Assembly (NCBI GenBank): GCA_964500895.1
Contig: CAZCQP010000007.1
Coordinates: 829 to 64,828 of the forward strand
DNA length: 64,000 bases
Source: an uncultured Eubacteriales bacterium
GTDB lineage: Bacteria > Bacillota > Clostridia > Lachnospirales > JAISER01
Direction: 5' to 3'
Shown: positions 35,271 through 45,828 of the stretch, in pieces
Position numbering within the stretch: position 1 is the first letter of the stretch
How the letters are laid out: each line of letters starts with the position of its first letter
Program-made: the position numbers and the translations under genes
Notes under the pieces: generated by a model
Databases searched by the model: none
Told to the model about the DNA's origin: nothing
What the model saw: the letters and a program-made list of their open reading frames with translations, nothing else

Positions 35271-36899
35271 TTATTCTTCAAATATAATATGGTCACCTAA
35301 TAATTCTGTGTACATGGTTTGCCCTTCCATGGGGGTGTTCTCCGTGGCCTGGGGGCTATTGCTCTGCCCTTTCACCGATACAGACAACTGGAAGTCTGCC
35401 TGGGTGGCCGCTTGAATTTTTTCTTTTATAATGTCTGCCCGCTCTTCCACCAGTTTGGCCTGTGCTTTGTCTGCCACAGCAATGGAAAGCACATGGCCTT
35501 TCACAGCCACGTCTGCCGCTTTTAAAATGCCTTTGAGCAAAACAGGAAAGCTTTGGCACATCTTTGGCCAGCGTGCCAGTAAATCTGCTGTTCCTGGGGA
35601 AGATAAGTTTGCTTCCGGGATGGCTACGTCAGCTTCCTCTACTTGCGGCAAACTTGCTGCTGTTTTTGGCGGCAGGGTAGGGGGCGCTTGGGAAACAGTA
35701 GCCTGTGCTTGTGTAATGGGCACACCCTTTGCCATATCCGTTTCCAGCTTTTGAATGCGGGCAAGCAATCCTTCCCGGCTGTTGTCTCCTGCTTCTGCCG
35801 GGTTGCACAGCTTGATGCACAAAACTTCCAGCATCAGTCGGCCGTTAGAAGTATACTTCATGTCCGCCTGCAACTGGGCAAAGGCTTCAATGGCCCACAG
35901 CAGCCAGTCTTGCCCCACACGGTTGGCTTGGACTGTTAATTGGTTTATGGTTTCTTGGGAAAAAGCCAGCGCCGTGGAAGAAAGCTTCACGTGCAGGGTC
36001 ATAAGCAAGTTCCGCAGATGCGCCACCAAGTCCGACACAAACTGGTGCATGTCCCGGCCTTTGAGCATCACCTCGTTAATGTGCAGCATACAGGCGGTGC
36101 TGTCAAAGGCAGACAAAGCGTCCACCATGTCAAACAAGCTTTGGTCGTCTACCGCACCCACCATGTCCAGCACTTTTTCCAGGGTGATAGGCTCTTTGTG
36201 GTAAAATGCCATGCTTTGGTCTAAAAGGCTTAGGGCATCCCGCATGGCCCCATCGGAAAGGTTGGCCACATATTGCAGCGCTTCTTTGTCAACAGTAACC
36301 CCTTCCTTGGTCATGTAGGCTTCCATCACTTCCACCATGTCTGTGGCACTGATGCGCCGAAAATCAAACCGCTGCACCCGGGAAAGCACCGTGGGGGGGA
36401 TTTTCTGCGGCTCGGTGGTGGCCAGTATAAACACCACATAAGGGGGTGGTTCCTCCAGCGTTTTCAACAACGCATTAAAAGCCCCCCCGGAAAGCATGTG
36501 TACCTCGTCTATAATGTATATGCGGTATTTGCCCTCTGTAGGCGCATAACGCACTTCCTCACGGATTTCCCGAATATTGTCCACCCCGTTGTTGCTGGCG
36601 GCGTCAATTTCCACCACTCCCGTACACCGGGAAAGCAAAATGCTTTCACACATTTCGCAGCTGTTGCAGGGTTCACCTTCCAGCGTGACATGGGGGCAAT
36701 TTAACGCCCTTGCAAATATTTTAGCCGTAGAGGTTTTGCCTGTGCCCCGGGTACCACAAAAAAGGTAGGCATGGGAAATACGCCCGCTTAACAGCTGGTT
36801 GGTTAGGGTGGTAACAATGTGCGGTTGGCCGATGACATCTTTAAAAGTTTGGGGCCGCAGTTTTCGGTACAGGGCCTGGTAAGACATGTTGCGGTTCAC
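35271..36899 (-). CDS. dnaX: DNA polymerase III subunits gamma/tau
   Basis: 542 aa with Walker [10 protein letters not shown], the Zn module [17 protein letters not shown], and IDEVHML. Confidence 0.9.
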   Translation of the reverse strand: MNRNMSYQALYRKLRPQTFKDVIGQPHIVTTLTNQLLSGRISHAYLFCGTRGTGKTSTAKIFARALNCPHVTLEGEPCNSCEMCESILLSRCTGVVEIDAASNNGVDNIREIREEVRYAPTEGKYRIYIIDEVHMLSGGAFNALLKTLEEPPPYVVFILATTEPQKIPPTVLSRVQRFDFRRISATDMVEVMEAYMTKEGVTVDKEALQYVANLSDGAMRDALSLLDQSMAFYHKEPITLEKVLDMVGAVDDQSLFDMVDALSAFDSTACMLHINEVMLKGRDMHQFVSDLVAHLRNLLMTLHVKLSSTALAFSQETINQLTVQANRVGQDWLLWAIEAFAQLQADMKYTSNGRLMLEVLCIKLCNPAEAGDNSREGLLARIQKLETDMAKGVPITQAQATVSQAPPTLPPKTAASLPQVEEADVAIPEANLSSPGTADLLARWPKMCQSFPVLLKGILKAADVAVKGHVLSIAVADKAQAKLVEERADIIKEKIQAATQADFQLSVSVKGQSNSPQATENTPMEGQTMYTELLGDHIIFEE

Positions 36900-36907
36900 T
36901 CCTCAAA

Positions 36908-37255
36908 CTATTTGGTTAAGATGACAGCAATAAACACCAAAGGTTCGTTCCCGGTGTTTGCAATGGAATGAACACCGCCGTCGTTGGTAAGCAAAATTTC
37001 CCCGGCGGAAATTTGTTTTTGTTCCCCATCATCTTCCACGGTGGCTGTGCCGGATAAAATGTAAAACACTTCCGCTTCCCCAAGGTGCTGGTGAACCCCA
37101 ATGGAAGCCCCGGGCTGCATGGTCATTCTGGCAAAAAGCCGCAGGTTGTCGGAAAGTTCCTCTGCTTTTAATATTTGCATCACTTCAACACTGCCGTCCC
37201 CGCCACGCATATTTTGGCGCAGTTCCGTAGCCATTTCTTCAGCTTTTCTAATCAT
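36908..37255 (-). CDS. Cupin-domain protein
   Basis: Track ORF trimmed to MIRKAEEMATEL (ATG 37255, 8-nt overlap with the upstream gene). Cupin motifs GVHQHLGEAEVFYILSG and GGVHSIAN are present. Confidence 0.7.
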   Translation of the reverse strand: MIRKAEEMATELRQNMRGGDGSVEVMQILKAEELSDNLRLFARMTMQPGASIGVHQHLGEAEVFYILSGTATVEDDGEQKQISAGEILLTNDGGVHSIANTGNEPLVFIAVILTK

Positions 37256-38324
37256 GGTAAGCCTCCTTTTTTTCTTGGGTATCCCGTGCAAGCATACGTT
37301 TGCGGTATGCATAAATCATCATAAGCAGTACGCTAATAAAAATTAAAGTAACGGAAAGCACCCGCAAGTCTTCCCAGGCAATGCTTAAAGCAATGCTCAC
37401 GGCTAAAATGCCGCTTAATAAGCTTAGAGAATATAAAATAAGTACGGTGCGGGAAGGGGAGTGCCCAGCATCTATCAGCCGGTGGTGCAAATGCCCCCGG
37501 TCTGCCTCCATAATGGGTTTGCCAGAAATAAGCCTGCGCAGCATAGCAAACAAGGTGTCAAAGATGGGCAGCGCAAACACAAAGCAAGCAATGACCACAG
37601 ACAGAAGGGCGTAGCTTTTAAACACCCCAATAATGGAAGATACAGACAACACAAACCCTAAAAATAAAGAGCCAGTGTCCCCCATAATCACTTCCGCCGG
37701 GCTGAAATTCCGGGGCAAAAAGCCCAAGCAGCTCCCCGCCAGCGTGGCAGAAAGCACCACAGCGGTTGGAGTGCCGGAAAGCACGCACAAGGCGGTTAAG
37801 CATAGGGCGCCAATGCTGGAAACCCCGGCAGCCAAGCCGTCCACACCATCTATCAGGTTCACCGCATTGGTCATGCCAATAATCCAAACAAGGGTGATGG
37901 GTGCGGCAAAAGCACTGATGTTGGCGGCAAAAGGCCAGTTCACAATGCTGATGCGTGTGCCTGTAAAAACCACCACCAGGGCAGCAACAATTTGAAAGGC
38001 CAGCTTTGTTTTGGCCTTTAAACCAAAAACGTCATCCAGTATGCCAACGCATACAATGATTAAAGCGCCTAAAGCAAAGCCCAAAAACTGCACCGTTTGC
38101 AGGGCCGGCGTAAAGGGCAGCAAAATAATCATGGTTATCATAAACCCCAGCACGATGGCGATGCCGCCCAAACGAGGCATGGGCACGTTATGCATCCCCC
38201 GTTTTTTGGGGTAGTCTATGGCGCCCAGTTTTAATGCCAGGCTTTTGGCGAAAGGGGTGGCCAGCAGGGATATGCCAAAGGCACTGGCAAAAGCTGCAAT
38301 GTATAATAACCAATTGTGATTCAT
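37248..38324 (-). CDS. Undecaprenyl-phosphate GlcNAc-1-phosphate transferase (MraY/WecA/TagO family)
   Basis: 358 aa, polytopic, with the motif TNAVNLIDGVDGLAAG. Confidence 0.85.
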   Translation of the reverse strand: MNHNWLLYIAAFASAFGISLLATPFAKSLALKLGAIDYPKKRGMHNVPMPRLGGIAIVLGFMITMIILLPFTPALQTVQFLGFALGALIIVCVGILDDVFGLKAKTKLAFQIVAALVVVFTGTRISIVNWPFAANISAFAAPITLVWIIGMTNAVNLIDGVDGLAAGVSSIGALCLTALCVLSGTPTAVVLSATLAGSCLGFLPRNFSPAEVIMGDTGSLFLGFVLSVSSIIGVFKSYALLSVVIACFVFALPIFDTLFAMLRRLISGKPIMEADRGHLHHRLIDAGHSPSRTVLILYSLSLLSGILAVSIALSIAWEDLRVLSVTLIFISVLLMMIYAYRKRMLARDTQEKKEAYHD

Positions 38325-38364
38325 GGGTTTCTCTCCTTGGGCGGCAATTCAACAATTTACCGAA

Positions 38365-38991
38365 TTATTTTGTGCCGAAAAGTCGGTCACCGGCGTCGCC
38401 CAGGCCGGGAACGATGTAGCCGTGGTCATTTAAACGTTCATCCAGTGCAGAGGTGTAAATGTCTACATCGGGATGTTCTTGCAGCACCTTTTCAACCCCT
38501 TCTGGTGCGCTTAACAAGCACAGCAGGGTGATGCGGGAAACCCCTTGCTCTTTTAAGTAGGTGAGGGCCATAGAAGCGGTGCCCCCTGTAGCCAACATAG
38601 GGTCAATGACGTAGGTGTCTCTTTGGGCACAGTCCACCGGCAGCTTGGCGTAGTAGGTAACAGGCTGCAACGTTTCAGGGTCTCTGTACATGCCTAAATG
38701 GCCCACTTTGGTGGTGGGCATTAAGTTGAGCATACCGTTTACCATGCCAATGCCTGCCCGTAGAATGGGCACCACAGCAAATTTAGCATCTGCGGTTTTG
38801 CAAATGGCTTTGCAAATGGGGGTTTCTACTTCAATGTCCACTAAGGGTACATTGCGGGTGGCTTCATAGTACAATAAAGTGGCCACTTCTTCCACCAATT
38901 CTCTAAACTCTTTGTAGCCCGTATGAATGCTGCGCATTTTAGTAATTTTGGATTGAACCAGCGGGTGGTCTATAATGTGTAATTTTCCCAT
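38365..38991 (-). CDS. upp: Uracil phosphoribosyltransferase
   Basis: 208 aa with VPILRAG and [13 protein letters not shown] (PRPP-binding loop). Confidence 0.95.
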   Translation of the reverse strand: MGKLHIIDHPLVQSKITKMRSIHTGYKEFRELVEEVATLLYYEATRNVPLVDIEVETPICKAICKTADAKFAVVPILRAGIGMVNGMLNLMPTTKVGHLGMYRDPETLQPVTYYAKLPVDCAQRDTYVIDPMLATGGTASMALTYLKEQGVSRITLLCLLSAPEGVEKVLQEHPDVDIYTSALDERLNDHGYIVPGLGDAGDRLFGTK

Positions 38992-38993
38992 GT

Positions 38994-39872
38994 TTATTCC
39001 CCTTCGTTTTCTTCGATCAGTGCGATGCGGCGCTCATGCCGTTCATCTTGTGAAAATGGTGTTTCTAAAAAAGCGTCTACAATCTCTAAAGCCAGCCCAG
39101 GGCCGGTAACCCGCCCACCAAGGGCCAAAATGTTGGCGTCGTTATGTTCTCTGGTGGCTTTTGCAGAAAAAACATCGTGGCACAAGGCACAGCGAATGCC
39201 TTTAAACCGGTTGGCGGCAATGGAAATGCCAATGCCGGTGCCGCAAAGCAATATACCGGCAGTACAGGTGCCATCCAGCACAACTTTGGCAACTTTTCGT
39301 GCATAAATGGGGTAATCAGCAGATTCGCCTTCCATTACCCCAAAATCTTTAAAAGGAATGCCTTTTTTATTTAAATGAGCCACAACTTCTTGTTTTAAAG
39401 CGTAGCCGCCGTGGTCACAGCCAATGGCCAGCATGGTCATCCTATCCTTTATTTTCAGTATGGTTTCGTGCAATTGTTGGGCGCAGGCTTCGTAGGTTGC
39501 TAAGTCCTGGCCGAAAGGGTCGGCCACATCACCTGTTTCCCCTGCATATGCAAGCAGTGTATGCAGCTTGTCCCGGCAGTGGGGGGCCATTCTGGCAATT
39601 AAAACCTTGTGGCTTTCACCCATGGTTAAAATCAAGTCTGCCCAGTCAAGGATGGCACCGTCCACTGGGGTGGATCTATGGTTGGATAAATCCAGCCCCC
39701 GGTTTTCCATGGCATTTTGTGCATGGCGGCTGGCAGGGGAAGATGGCCCTGCCATTACACCGGCAGAGCGTACTTTAACCTTTACCCCCCACTGCTTAAA
39801 AATGGCTTCGGCTAACACCTGTGCCATAGGGCTGCGGCAGGTGTTGCCTGTGCAAACAAATAATATGTTCAT
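38994..39872 (-). CDS. Fusion of a low-molecular-weight protein phosphatase (YwlE-like) and ribose-5-phosphate isomerase B
   Basis: A single 292-aa frame. The N-terminal part has VCTGNTCRS (CX5R P-loop) and DPFG. From about residue 145 it reads [14 protein letters not shown]...[15 protein letters not shown] (RpiB/LacAB). There is no stop between the two halves. Confidence 0.85.
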   Translation of the reverse strand: MNILFVCTGNTCRSPMAQVLAEAIFKQWGVKVKVRSAGVMAGPSSPASRHAQNAMENRGLDLSNHRSTPVDGAILDWADLILTMGESHKVLIARMAPHCRDKLHTLLAYAGETGDVADPFGQDLATYEACAQQLHETILKIKDRMTMLAIGCDHGGYALKQEVVAHLNKKGIPFKDFGVMEGESADYPIYARKVAKVVLDGTCTAGILLCGTGIGISIAANRFKGIRCALCHDVFSAKATREHNDANILALGGRVTGPGLALEIVDAFLETPFSQDERHERRIALIEENEGE

Positions 39873-40975
39873 GGCTTTGCCTCTTTTTCTTCCGGCAACC
39901 GATTTGGCAACTGATCTGGCAAATGGATGATACGCCCCCCGGCAGCTTTTAAAAGCCGGTTCATAATGGCCAGCCCAATGCCTGTGGTTTCAAAGCCTTC
40001 CGCAAAGATGCGGTCTACGCCGTGGAGGTCGCAGGTACGCAAGGCATCAAACAACCCGGCGGCAATGGTTTCCGGCCGGTTTCTGTCTCCCAAGCAGTGG
40101 ACAAAGCAAGCAGAACCGTACTGGTTCATGGTTTGGGCGGTAGCCAGTATGCCGGTTTGACCCGGCTGTGCGTTGGCCTGTTCTTGAATGTAAGCTGCCA
40201 CACCTTTCGCTGGGCCACACACTACGGTAACTGGGGCCACGGGGGCATAGTGGGTGTATTTCATGCCCGGCGCTTTCGGTGCGCCGTGGGTTTCTTTTAC
40301 TACTAACCCATGGCCTTGCACGGTGCCGATGACTGCTTCAAGCATTTCCGGGGTCACACCCCCTGGCCGCAGAATGCAGGGAGGTGTGACGGTCATGTCA
40401 ATAACGGTGGACTCCAGCCCTACGGCACAGGGCCCCCCGTCAATAAGCATATCAATCTTGCCTGTCAAATCTTCTGCAACATGGGTTGCCTTTGTAGGGC
40501 TGGGCCTGCCGGAGGTGTTCGCGCTGGGGGCAGCAATGGGCCGCCCAGCGGCTTTAATAAGCCCGACTGCCACCGGGTGGGCAGGAAACCGAACCGCCAC
40601 GGTGGGCAACCCACAGGTGATTTCCTGGGGAATAATTGCCGATTTCCTAAAAATCATGGTTAGTGGCCCTGGCCAAAAGGCTTCGGCCAACTGTAGTGCC
40701 AAAGGCGGAATTTCGGCAACCAGGGGGTGCAATTCTTCCAAAGAAGCAATGTGTACAATTAAAGGGTTATCCCCAGGGCGGCCTTTGGCTTTAAAAATGC
40801 CGGATAGCGCTTCTCCGTCCAAGGCATTCGCCCCCAGACCGTACACAGTTTCCGTAGGAAAAGCCACCAGCCCCCCTTTTCGGATGATGGCGGCGGCTTC
40901 AGAAAGTACCGCTTCATCCTGCGGGCCGGTGTAGCGTTTGATGGTTGTGTTCACGCAGAAACAGCCCCGCAGCAT
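39869..40975 (-). CDS. tsaC: L-threonylcarbamoyladenylate synthase (TsaC/Sua5, long form with Sua5 C-domain)
   Basis: [18 protein letters not shown] and [11 protein letters not shown] motifs. An alternative GTG start at 40954 would form a GTGA overlap with the upstream stop. Confidence 0.9.
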   Translation of the reverse strand: MLRGCFCVNTTIKRYTGPQDEAVLSEAAAIIRKGGLVAFPTETVYGLGANALDGEALSGIFKAKGRPGDNPLIVHIASLEELHPLVAEIPPLALQLAEAFWPGPLTMIFRKSAIIPQEITCGLPTVAVRFPAHPVAVGLIKAAGRPIAAPSANTSGRPSPTKATHVAEDLTGKIDMLIDGGPCAVGLESTVIDMTVTPPCILRPGGVTPEMLEAVIGTVQGHGLVVKETHGAPKAPGMKYTHYAPVAPVTVVCGPAKGVAAYIQEQANAQPGQTGILATAQTMNQYGSACFVHCLGDRNRPETIAAGLFDALRTCDLHGVDRIFAEGFETTGIGLAIMNRLLKAAGGRIIHLPDQLPNRLPEEKEAKP

Positions 40976-41454
40976 TTTTTATATTTTTTGCCGCTGCCGC
41001 AAGGGCAAGGATCGTTTCTGGAAGGGGTTTTCTCCTTCACAATGGTGCCGGAAATTTTTTGTTGGTGGTACAGTTCTTTCTGGCGCTCGGGTGTGAAAAC
41101 ACCGTCCCATTCCGGCAGGGTGTACAAATGGCTGGCTTTATATTCCACCATTTTTTTATACAGGCGTTCAAAGTCAATATCCAAAACAACTTCTTGTTCT
41201 TCAGCTAACTCTTCAATATTCACAGGGGTTTCCAGTGCATCATTAATGCCGTCAATAAAACCACAAATAAAGGCCGGGGGCATGTTGTACCGTTCCCCTA
41301 AAGTAATGGGGGTGCCTTTCAACTGGGTTTGCTTATTGCCGATAATGTCTTCATAAATGGCTTGTTCTTGGGGCATGTAATCGTCCCACAGTTTTTTAAC
41401 GGTTTGCCCTTCCTTTGTATAGGCTTGAACCATCCAGCTTTCGTATAGTGTCAT
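40951..41454 (-). CDS. SEC-C metal-binding motif protein
   Basis: 167 aa with the C-terminal [16 protein letters not shown]. The N-terminal domain is not recognised. Confidence 0.7.
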   Translation of the reverse strand: MTLYESWMVQAYTKEGQTVKKLWDDYMPQEQAIYEDIIGNKQTQLKGTPITLGERYNMPPAFICGFIDGINDALETPVNIEELAEEQEVVLDIDFERLYKKMVEYKASHLYTLPEWDGVFTPERQKELYHQQKISGTIVKEKTPSRNDPCPCGSGKKYKKCCGAVSA

Positions 41455-41487
41455 TGATGAATATCCTCCTTGGTTTTTTAAAACTTT

Positions 41488-41898
41488 TTATGCTTCCCTT
41501 GTTAGCTCTGCAATGTGCAAGTACGGCATTTCGGCTGTTAGCTTGGCTTTCACGTCTATGGGTTTAATGGCGGTGTCTTTGGGGGGTTCGCCCAGCAACA
41601 CGTTGGTAATGCCTTCACTTTTTATAAATGCTATAATGGTTTCCACCACATCTTCGCCGCATAAACCATGGACAATGCCGTTAAGTTCGGAGCCGTAATC
41701 GAACAAATGCTGCAACAGTGCGGTGGAGTCTGAATTAACCAGAATGCTGTCTCCTTTTTCAACATGCAGAATATGCAGTTCCGCACCAATGGTTGTGGCA
41801 ATTTCATGGCCCTTCTGAATGAGCCGGACGCTGTTGGATTGGGGGGTTATACAAACCAAAACTTTCTTGGTACCCTTCAAAATCATCTCTCCTTGCAA
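41488..41898 (-). CDS. Universal-stress-protein-like (USP/KdpD-Usp type) domain protein
   Basis: 136 aa. KKVLVCITPQSNSVRLIQKGHEIA...LHILHV resembles the Usp alpha/beta fold. This is a recognition-level call. Confidence 0.5.
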   Translation of the reverse strand: MQGEMILKGTKKVLVCITPQSNSVRLIQKGHEIATTIGAELHILHVEKGDSILVNSDSTALLQHLFDYGSELNGIVHGLCGEDVVETIIAFIKSEGITNVLLGEPPKDTAIKPIDVKAKLTAEMPYLHIAELTREA

Positions 41899-41902
41899 TC
41901 AA

Positions 41903-43177
41903 CTAATTTTCCAGCGTTCCCAATATAATAACAATGTCGTAGTCATTTGTAAATGATGGATTTACTTCAATTTTGCTGTCTACGAAATAATCGGTCAAAT
42001 CCTGGCCTTGGCCTTCGGCATTTACAATGATACGGGTAGACACTTGTTTTTGGCCATTATAGTCCCCCACATGTTCAACCGTAAAGCCATCGGCGTTCAA
42101 CCGGTCTTTGGTTTTGCCTGCAAGCCCGGCGGTGGTTCCTCCGTTTAGCACGGATATGGACTTGCCCATGGACGTGTTGTCCACCGGGGCCGGTGGGAAG
42201 CCTTCCTCAAAAACATATTGGATAATGGCCTGTGTTTCGTCTTCTACCAGTAATTGGTAGTCCTTGCCGTATCGTTTAGTGGTGGTGGTAGGTAAGGTGA
42301 AGGTAACGATATTTTCCACCGAAATATTTTTAGCATATTTTAAGTATTTGGGCACATCGGTTATGTTAAAGTCGGTTCTCATATACTTCAAGCTGGCACT
42401 GATTAATGAAGGCATTTTTTGCCACAAGCTGTCTGATGCCAATATTTGCCCAGCCATGGCCTTCATGAATTGCTGCTGCACTTCCACCCGCTGTAAATCT
42501 CCCCGCACATAACTTCTGTAACGGATGAGTTGTTCCGCCTGGTCACCGTCCAGCAGTTGTTCCCCCGGTTGTAGGTTAATTAGCAGGTTTTGAATAGGGT
42601 CTTTGTAGTACATGCGCTCCGGTACGTTAAACGTAACGCCCCCAAGGGCATCCACCACATAGCGCAACCCTTCCAAGTTAATTTCGGCATAAAAATCAAG
42701 GTTTATACCTAGCAGCTCTTCAATTTGTTTCTGTACAAATTCAATGCCGTTTTCTTTGCCGGCATGGTGATGCACTTCGTTCAGCTTCATCACCCCGTCA
42801 TCCGGCGCATAGTCATTGTAGGACTTCACAATGTTTAAACGGTCTTCAGGCATGGTGACCATGGTGTCCCGAGGGACAGACACAAGGGCAATACGCCCTT
42901 CCTTTGGCAAAAAGCAGCCCACGATGATGGTATCTGTCCGGGTGCCGTCGCCGTCCGTGCCCAAGATTAAAAAGTTGACCTTTTCAGGGGCCGTGTCAAA
43001 AATACTGGGCAAAATGCCGTTGTCCTTTATTTCTTCAAGACCCGTAGAAACCCCTTGGTCGAATTTGCCAGTAAAGGCCATGTAAGCAAAAAAGATACCA
43101 GTGCCCAAAACCCCAAATACCAGGGTGGAAATAGCCAGTGTTCTTAAAAAAATAAAAACTGCTCCTCTATTTTTCAT
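41903..43177 (-). CDS. LytR-CpsA-Psr (LCP) family cell-envelope glycopolymer transferase with a LytR_C domain
   Basis: Track ORF trimmed to MKNRGAVFIFL (TM anchor). NFLILGTDGDGTRTDTIIV is the LCP signature. 424 aa. Confidence 0.85.
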   Translation of the reverse strand: MKNRGAVFIFLRTLAISTLVFGVLGTGIFFAYMAFTGKFDQGVSTGLEEIKDNGILPSIFDTAPEKVNFLILGTDGDGTRTDTIIVGCFLPKEGRIALVSVPRDTMVTMPEDRLNIVKSYNDYAPDDGVMKLNEVHHHAGKENGIEFVQKQIEELLGINLDFYAEINLEGLRYVVDALGGVTFNVPERMYYKDPIQNLLINLQPGEQLLDGDQAEQLIRYRSYVRGDLQRVEVQQQFMKAMAGQILASDSLWQKMPSLISASLKYMRTDFNITDVPKYLKYAKNISVENIVTFTLPTTTTKRYGKDYQLLVEDETQAIIQYVFEEGFPPAPVDNTSMGKSISVLNGGTTAGLAGKTKDRLNADGFTVEHVGDYNGQKQVSTRIIVNAEGQGQDLTDYFVDSKIEVNPSFTNDYDIVIILGTLEN

Positions 43178-43306
43178 ATGTAACGCAGCCTCCATAAATG
43201 ACACAATAAAAAGTGCTTTTAAAAACAGTATATCATATTTCGGCACACATGTTAATACACTAGCGCAAAATTTTGCGTAAGATGTCGTTATAGCAAAGTA
43301 ACGGCA

Positions 43307-43335
43307 TTGACGGGCAGGGTTGTACGGGGTATACT
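43307..43335 (+). promoter_or_regulatory. Sigma-A promoter candidate for psuK-psuG
   Basis: TTGACG (43307-43312), 17 nt, TATACT (43330-43335), 52 nt upstream of the ATG. Confidence 0.45.
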
Positions 43336-43387
43336 AAGCAGATAAACTTGGAGTAATTAAACTGGAGTAAAAGGACGGCTCACAATC

Positions 43388-44335
43388 ATGCTTAATCAAG
43401 ATTTACGGCAAACTCCCACAGGCCACATTGCAGTGGTGGGGGCAGTGAATGTGGATATTATTGCAACGGCATATACCGCCCTGGTGCCGGAAGACTCTAA
43501 CCCGGGTTTTACAGAGCTGGCTTTTGGCGGGGTTGGCCGAAACATTGGTGAAAACTTGTGCCGGCTGGGTTTGCCTGTGGAAATGGTGACCATGCTGGGG
43601 GACGATTTGTACGCCCAGGAGCTTCAAAAAGATTGCAAAGCGCTGGGCATGGGTCTGGAACACAGCGCCTTTTTGGAAGGTAAAAAAACTTCCACTTACA
43701 TTTGCATAAACGACTGCACCGGGGACATGAAAGCGGCTGTGTCCCATATGGAAATTTACGAGCAGTTGACACCCGAATTTTTATCTGGTAGAATGGATGT
43801 TTTAAACACCGCTTTGGCTGTGGTGCTGGATACCAATATTCCCAAAGAAAGCCTGGAATATTTGGCCCAAAACTGCACGGCACCTTTATTTTTGGACCCT
43901 GTGTCCACCAAAAAAGCCGTTAGAGCCAAAGATTGCTTGTCTGCCATGCACACGATCAAGCCAAACCGCATTGAAGCCCAGCTTTTAAGCGGGGTGGCCA
44001 TTGAGGGTACAAACGGGCTGGAGCAAGCCGCCGCCTTTTTCATTAATCAAGGGGTGAAGCGTGTTTATATATCTTTAGGGCAGGATGGGGTTTTTTATGC
44101 CGATGAAGCAAAAACAGGCATTATCCCTTGTTATCAATATGAAGTGGTAAGCACCACAGGTTGCGGCGATGCTTTTATGGCCGGTGCTGTGTGGGCGTAC
44201 ATCCATGGTCTTTCAACTGCCCAGGCTGCAACATTTGCTTTGGGGGCTTCTGCTGTTTGCGCAGGGTACCCGGGTGCAGTAAGCCCGCAAATGTCTGTGG
44301 AAAAAATACTTGAAAAAGTGAATCGTAGTCAGTGA
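43388..44335 (+). CDS. psuK: PfkB-family kinase, probable pseudouridine kinase
   Basis: 315 aa with the PfkB motifs AFGGVGRN and TTGCGDAFMAG. The function is inferred from pairing with psuG. Confidence 0.7.
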   Translation: MLNQDLRQTPTGHIAVVGAVNVDIIATAYTALVPEDSNPGFTELAFGGVGRNIGENLCRLGLPVEMVTMLGDDLYAQELQKDCKALGMGLEHSAFLEGKKTSTYICINDCTGDMKAAVSHMEIYEQLTPEFLSGRMDVLNTALAVVLDTNIPKESLEYLAQNCTAPLFLDPVSTKKAVRAKDCLSAMHTIKPNRIEAQLLSGVAIEGTNGLEQAAAFFINQGVKRVYISLGQDGVFYADEAKTGIIPCYQYEVVSTTGCGDAFMAGAVWAYIHGLSTAQAATFALGASAVCAGYPGAVSPQMSVEKILEKVNRSQ

Positions 44336-44361
44336 ATAGCAATGAAGCATAGGAGGATAAC

Positions 44362-45279
44362 ATGGAACTGCATAAACATTTAGTTGTATCCAATGAAGTA
44401 CAGGAAGCGCTGAAAAGCGGGAAACCTGTGGTAGCCCTGGAATCTACCATCATTTCTCATGGTATGCCTTACCCTAAAAATGTGGAAACTGCCTTAGCAG
44501 TGGAAGCCATTGTGCGCAAAGAAGGGGCTGTTCCAGCCACCATTGCCATTTTGGGCGGCAAGCTGAAAGTGGGCATTTCCCCAGAGGAAATTGACGACCT
44601 GGGCAAAAAAGGTTTGGCCGTTACAAAAGCCAGCCGCCGGGATTTGCCAGTGTTAATTGCCAAAAAAGCAGACGGTGCCACCACCGTAGCCGCCACCATG
44701 ATTATTGCGGCTATGGCAGGTGTTAAAGTATTTGCCACCGGCGGTATCGGCGGGGTACACAGGGGCGCCGAAACAACCATGGACATTTCCGCAGACCTGG
44801 AAGAACTGGCCATGACCAATGTGATGGTGGTATGCGCAGGGGCCAAGTCTATTCTGGATTTGGGCTTAACGCTTGAATATTTGGAAACCAAAGGTGTGGT
44901 GGTGTTGGGCTACCAAACCGAAGAACTGCCCGCTTTCTACACCAGAAAAAGCGGTTTCAAAGTGGACTATGCCATGGACACACCGGAAGAAATTGCAGCC
45001 ACCTTTAAAGCCAAAGAGGAAGCCGGCTTAAAAGGCGGTATGCTGGTGGCAAACCCCATTCCCGAAGCTTACGCCATGGATTATGATTACATCACCCAAA
45101 ACATTGAGCAGGCGGTGGCAGAGGCCAAAACATTAGGCATTAGCGGCAAAGACACCACGCCGTACCTGCTGGACAAAATTCAAAAATTAACAGCAGGCAA
45201 AAGCCTGGAAGCCAACATTCAGCTTGTGTTTAACAATGCAGCGCTGGGGGCTCAAATTGCTAAGTCTCTGTGCCAATAA
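44362..45279 (+). CDS. psuG: Pseudouridine-5'-phosphate glycosidase
   Basis: 305 aa, SD AGGAGGA, with ALESTIISHGMPYP and GGIGGVHRG (IndA/YeiN family). Confidence 0.9.
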   Translation: MELHKHLVVSNEVQEALKSGKPVVALESTIISHGMPYPKNVETALAVEAIVRKEGAVPATIAILGGKLKVGISPEEIDDLGKKGLAVTKASRRDLPVLIAKKADGATTVAATMIIAAMAGVKVFATGGIGGVHRGAETTMDISADLEELAMTNVMVVCAGAKSILDLGLTLEYLETKGVVVLGYQTEELPAFYTRKSGFKVDYAMDTPEEIAATFKAKEEAGLKGGMLVANPIPEAYAMDYDYITQNIEQAVAEAKTLGISGKDTTPYLLDKIQKLTAGKSLEANIQLVFNNAALGAQIAKSLCQ

Positions 45280-45290
45280 GCAACTGACTT

Positions 45291-45332
45291 AAAAAAGGGC
45301 GGTGTGCATGAACATCATGCGCACCGCCCTTT
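45291..45332. terminator. Bidirectional rho-independent terminator between psuG and the convergent small membrane-protein gene
   Basis: AAAGGGCGGTGTGCATGA / TCATGCGCACCGCCCTTT forms an 18-bp stem (one G-U pair) with an A6 run on one side and TTT on the other. Confidence 0.75.
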
Positions 45333-45339
45333 ACTGTGT

Positions 45340-45828
45340 TTATCTGTTTAATTCAATGGCCACAAATTCCGGGCCTTTTTGTTTCAGCCGGTTGTATTCG
45401 CTTTCAATTTTGCGTGCCTTGCGTTCTTGAAAATAGGCACCGATGCCGTTTTTAAAAGACGGCTTTGCAAACTTGATAATCCGAAAAGCCAGCCGTGTGC
45501 CCCAAAATAAACAGAAAAAGAATGACAATGTAACCTGGATGCCTCGATCATAGGCGGCAATTAACAAGAAAAGTAAAAAGCCTATCATGCAGAAATCAAC
45601 AATTTGCCCGATAAGGTTGCGCTTAATGGCCCACCGGCGTTTGGCCAGGTCCATGATGGTTTTTTCATCCGGCATGGTATAGGGCTGTTGTGCATCGTTT
45701 TCGGCGTTAACAGCCGGTTCTGCCTGTACGGCCTCATATGTAAGTTGTTCCATGGTAGTGTCCTCCCTGGATTGCCCCAACAAGCAAATGGTGTCCTCGG
45801 AAATCCACCGGGCGCGATTGTGCTTCAC
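45340..45828 (-). CDS. Small membrane protein with a C-terminal 2TM-type domain (start ambiguous)
   Basis: Two TM helices (IVDFCMIGFLLFLLIAAY, VTLSFFFCLFWGT) and a basic tail. The track uses GTG 45828. ATG 45753 has a good SD (GGGAGGA). The same frame remains open and protein-like up to 45906 (see findings). Confidence 0.6.
   Translation of the reverse strand: MKHNRARWISEDTICLLGQSREDTTMEQLTYEAVQAEPAVNAENDAQQPYTMPDEKTIMDLAKRRWAIKRNLIGQIVDFCMIGFLLFLLIAAYDRGIQVTLSFFFCLFWGTRLAFRIIKFAKPSFKNGIGAYFQERKARKIESEYNRLKQKGPEFVAIELNR

Noticed and set aside
40254-40934. 226-aa plus-strand ORF.
   Set aside because: It is fully antisense to tsaC/Sua5, whose motifs are clear. This is a shadow ORF.
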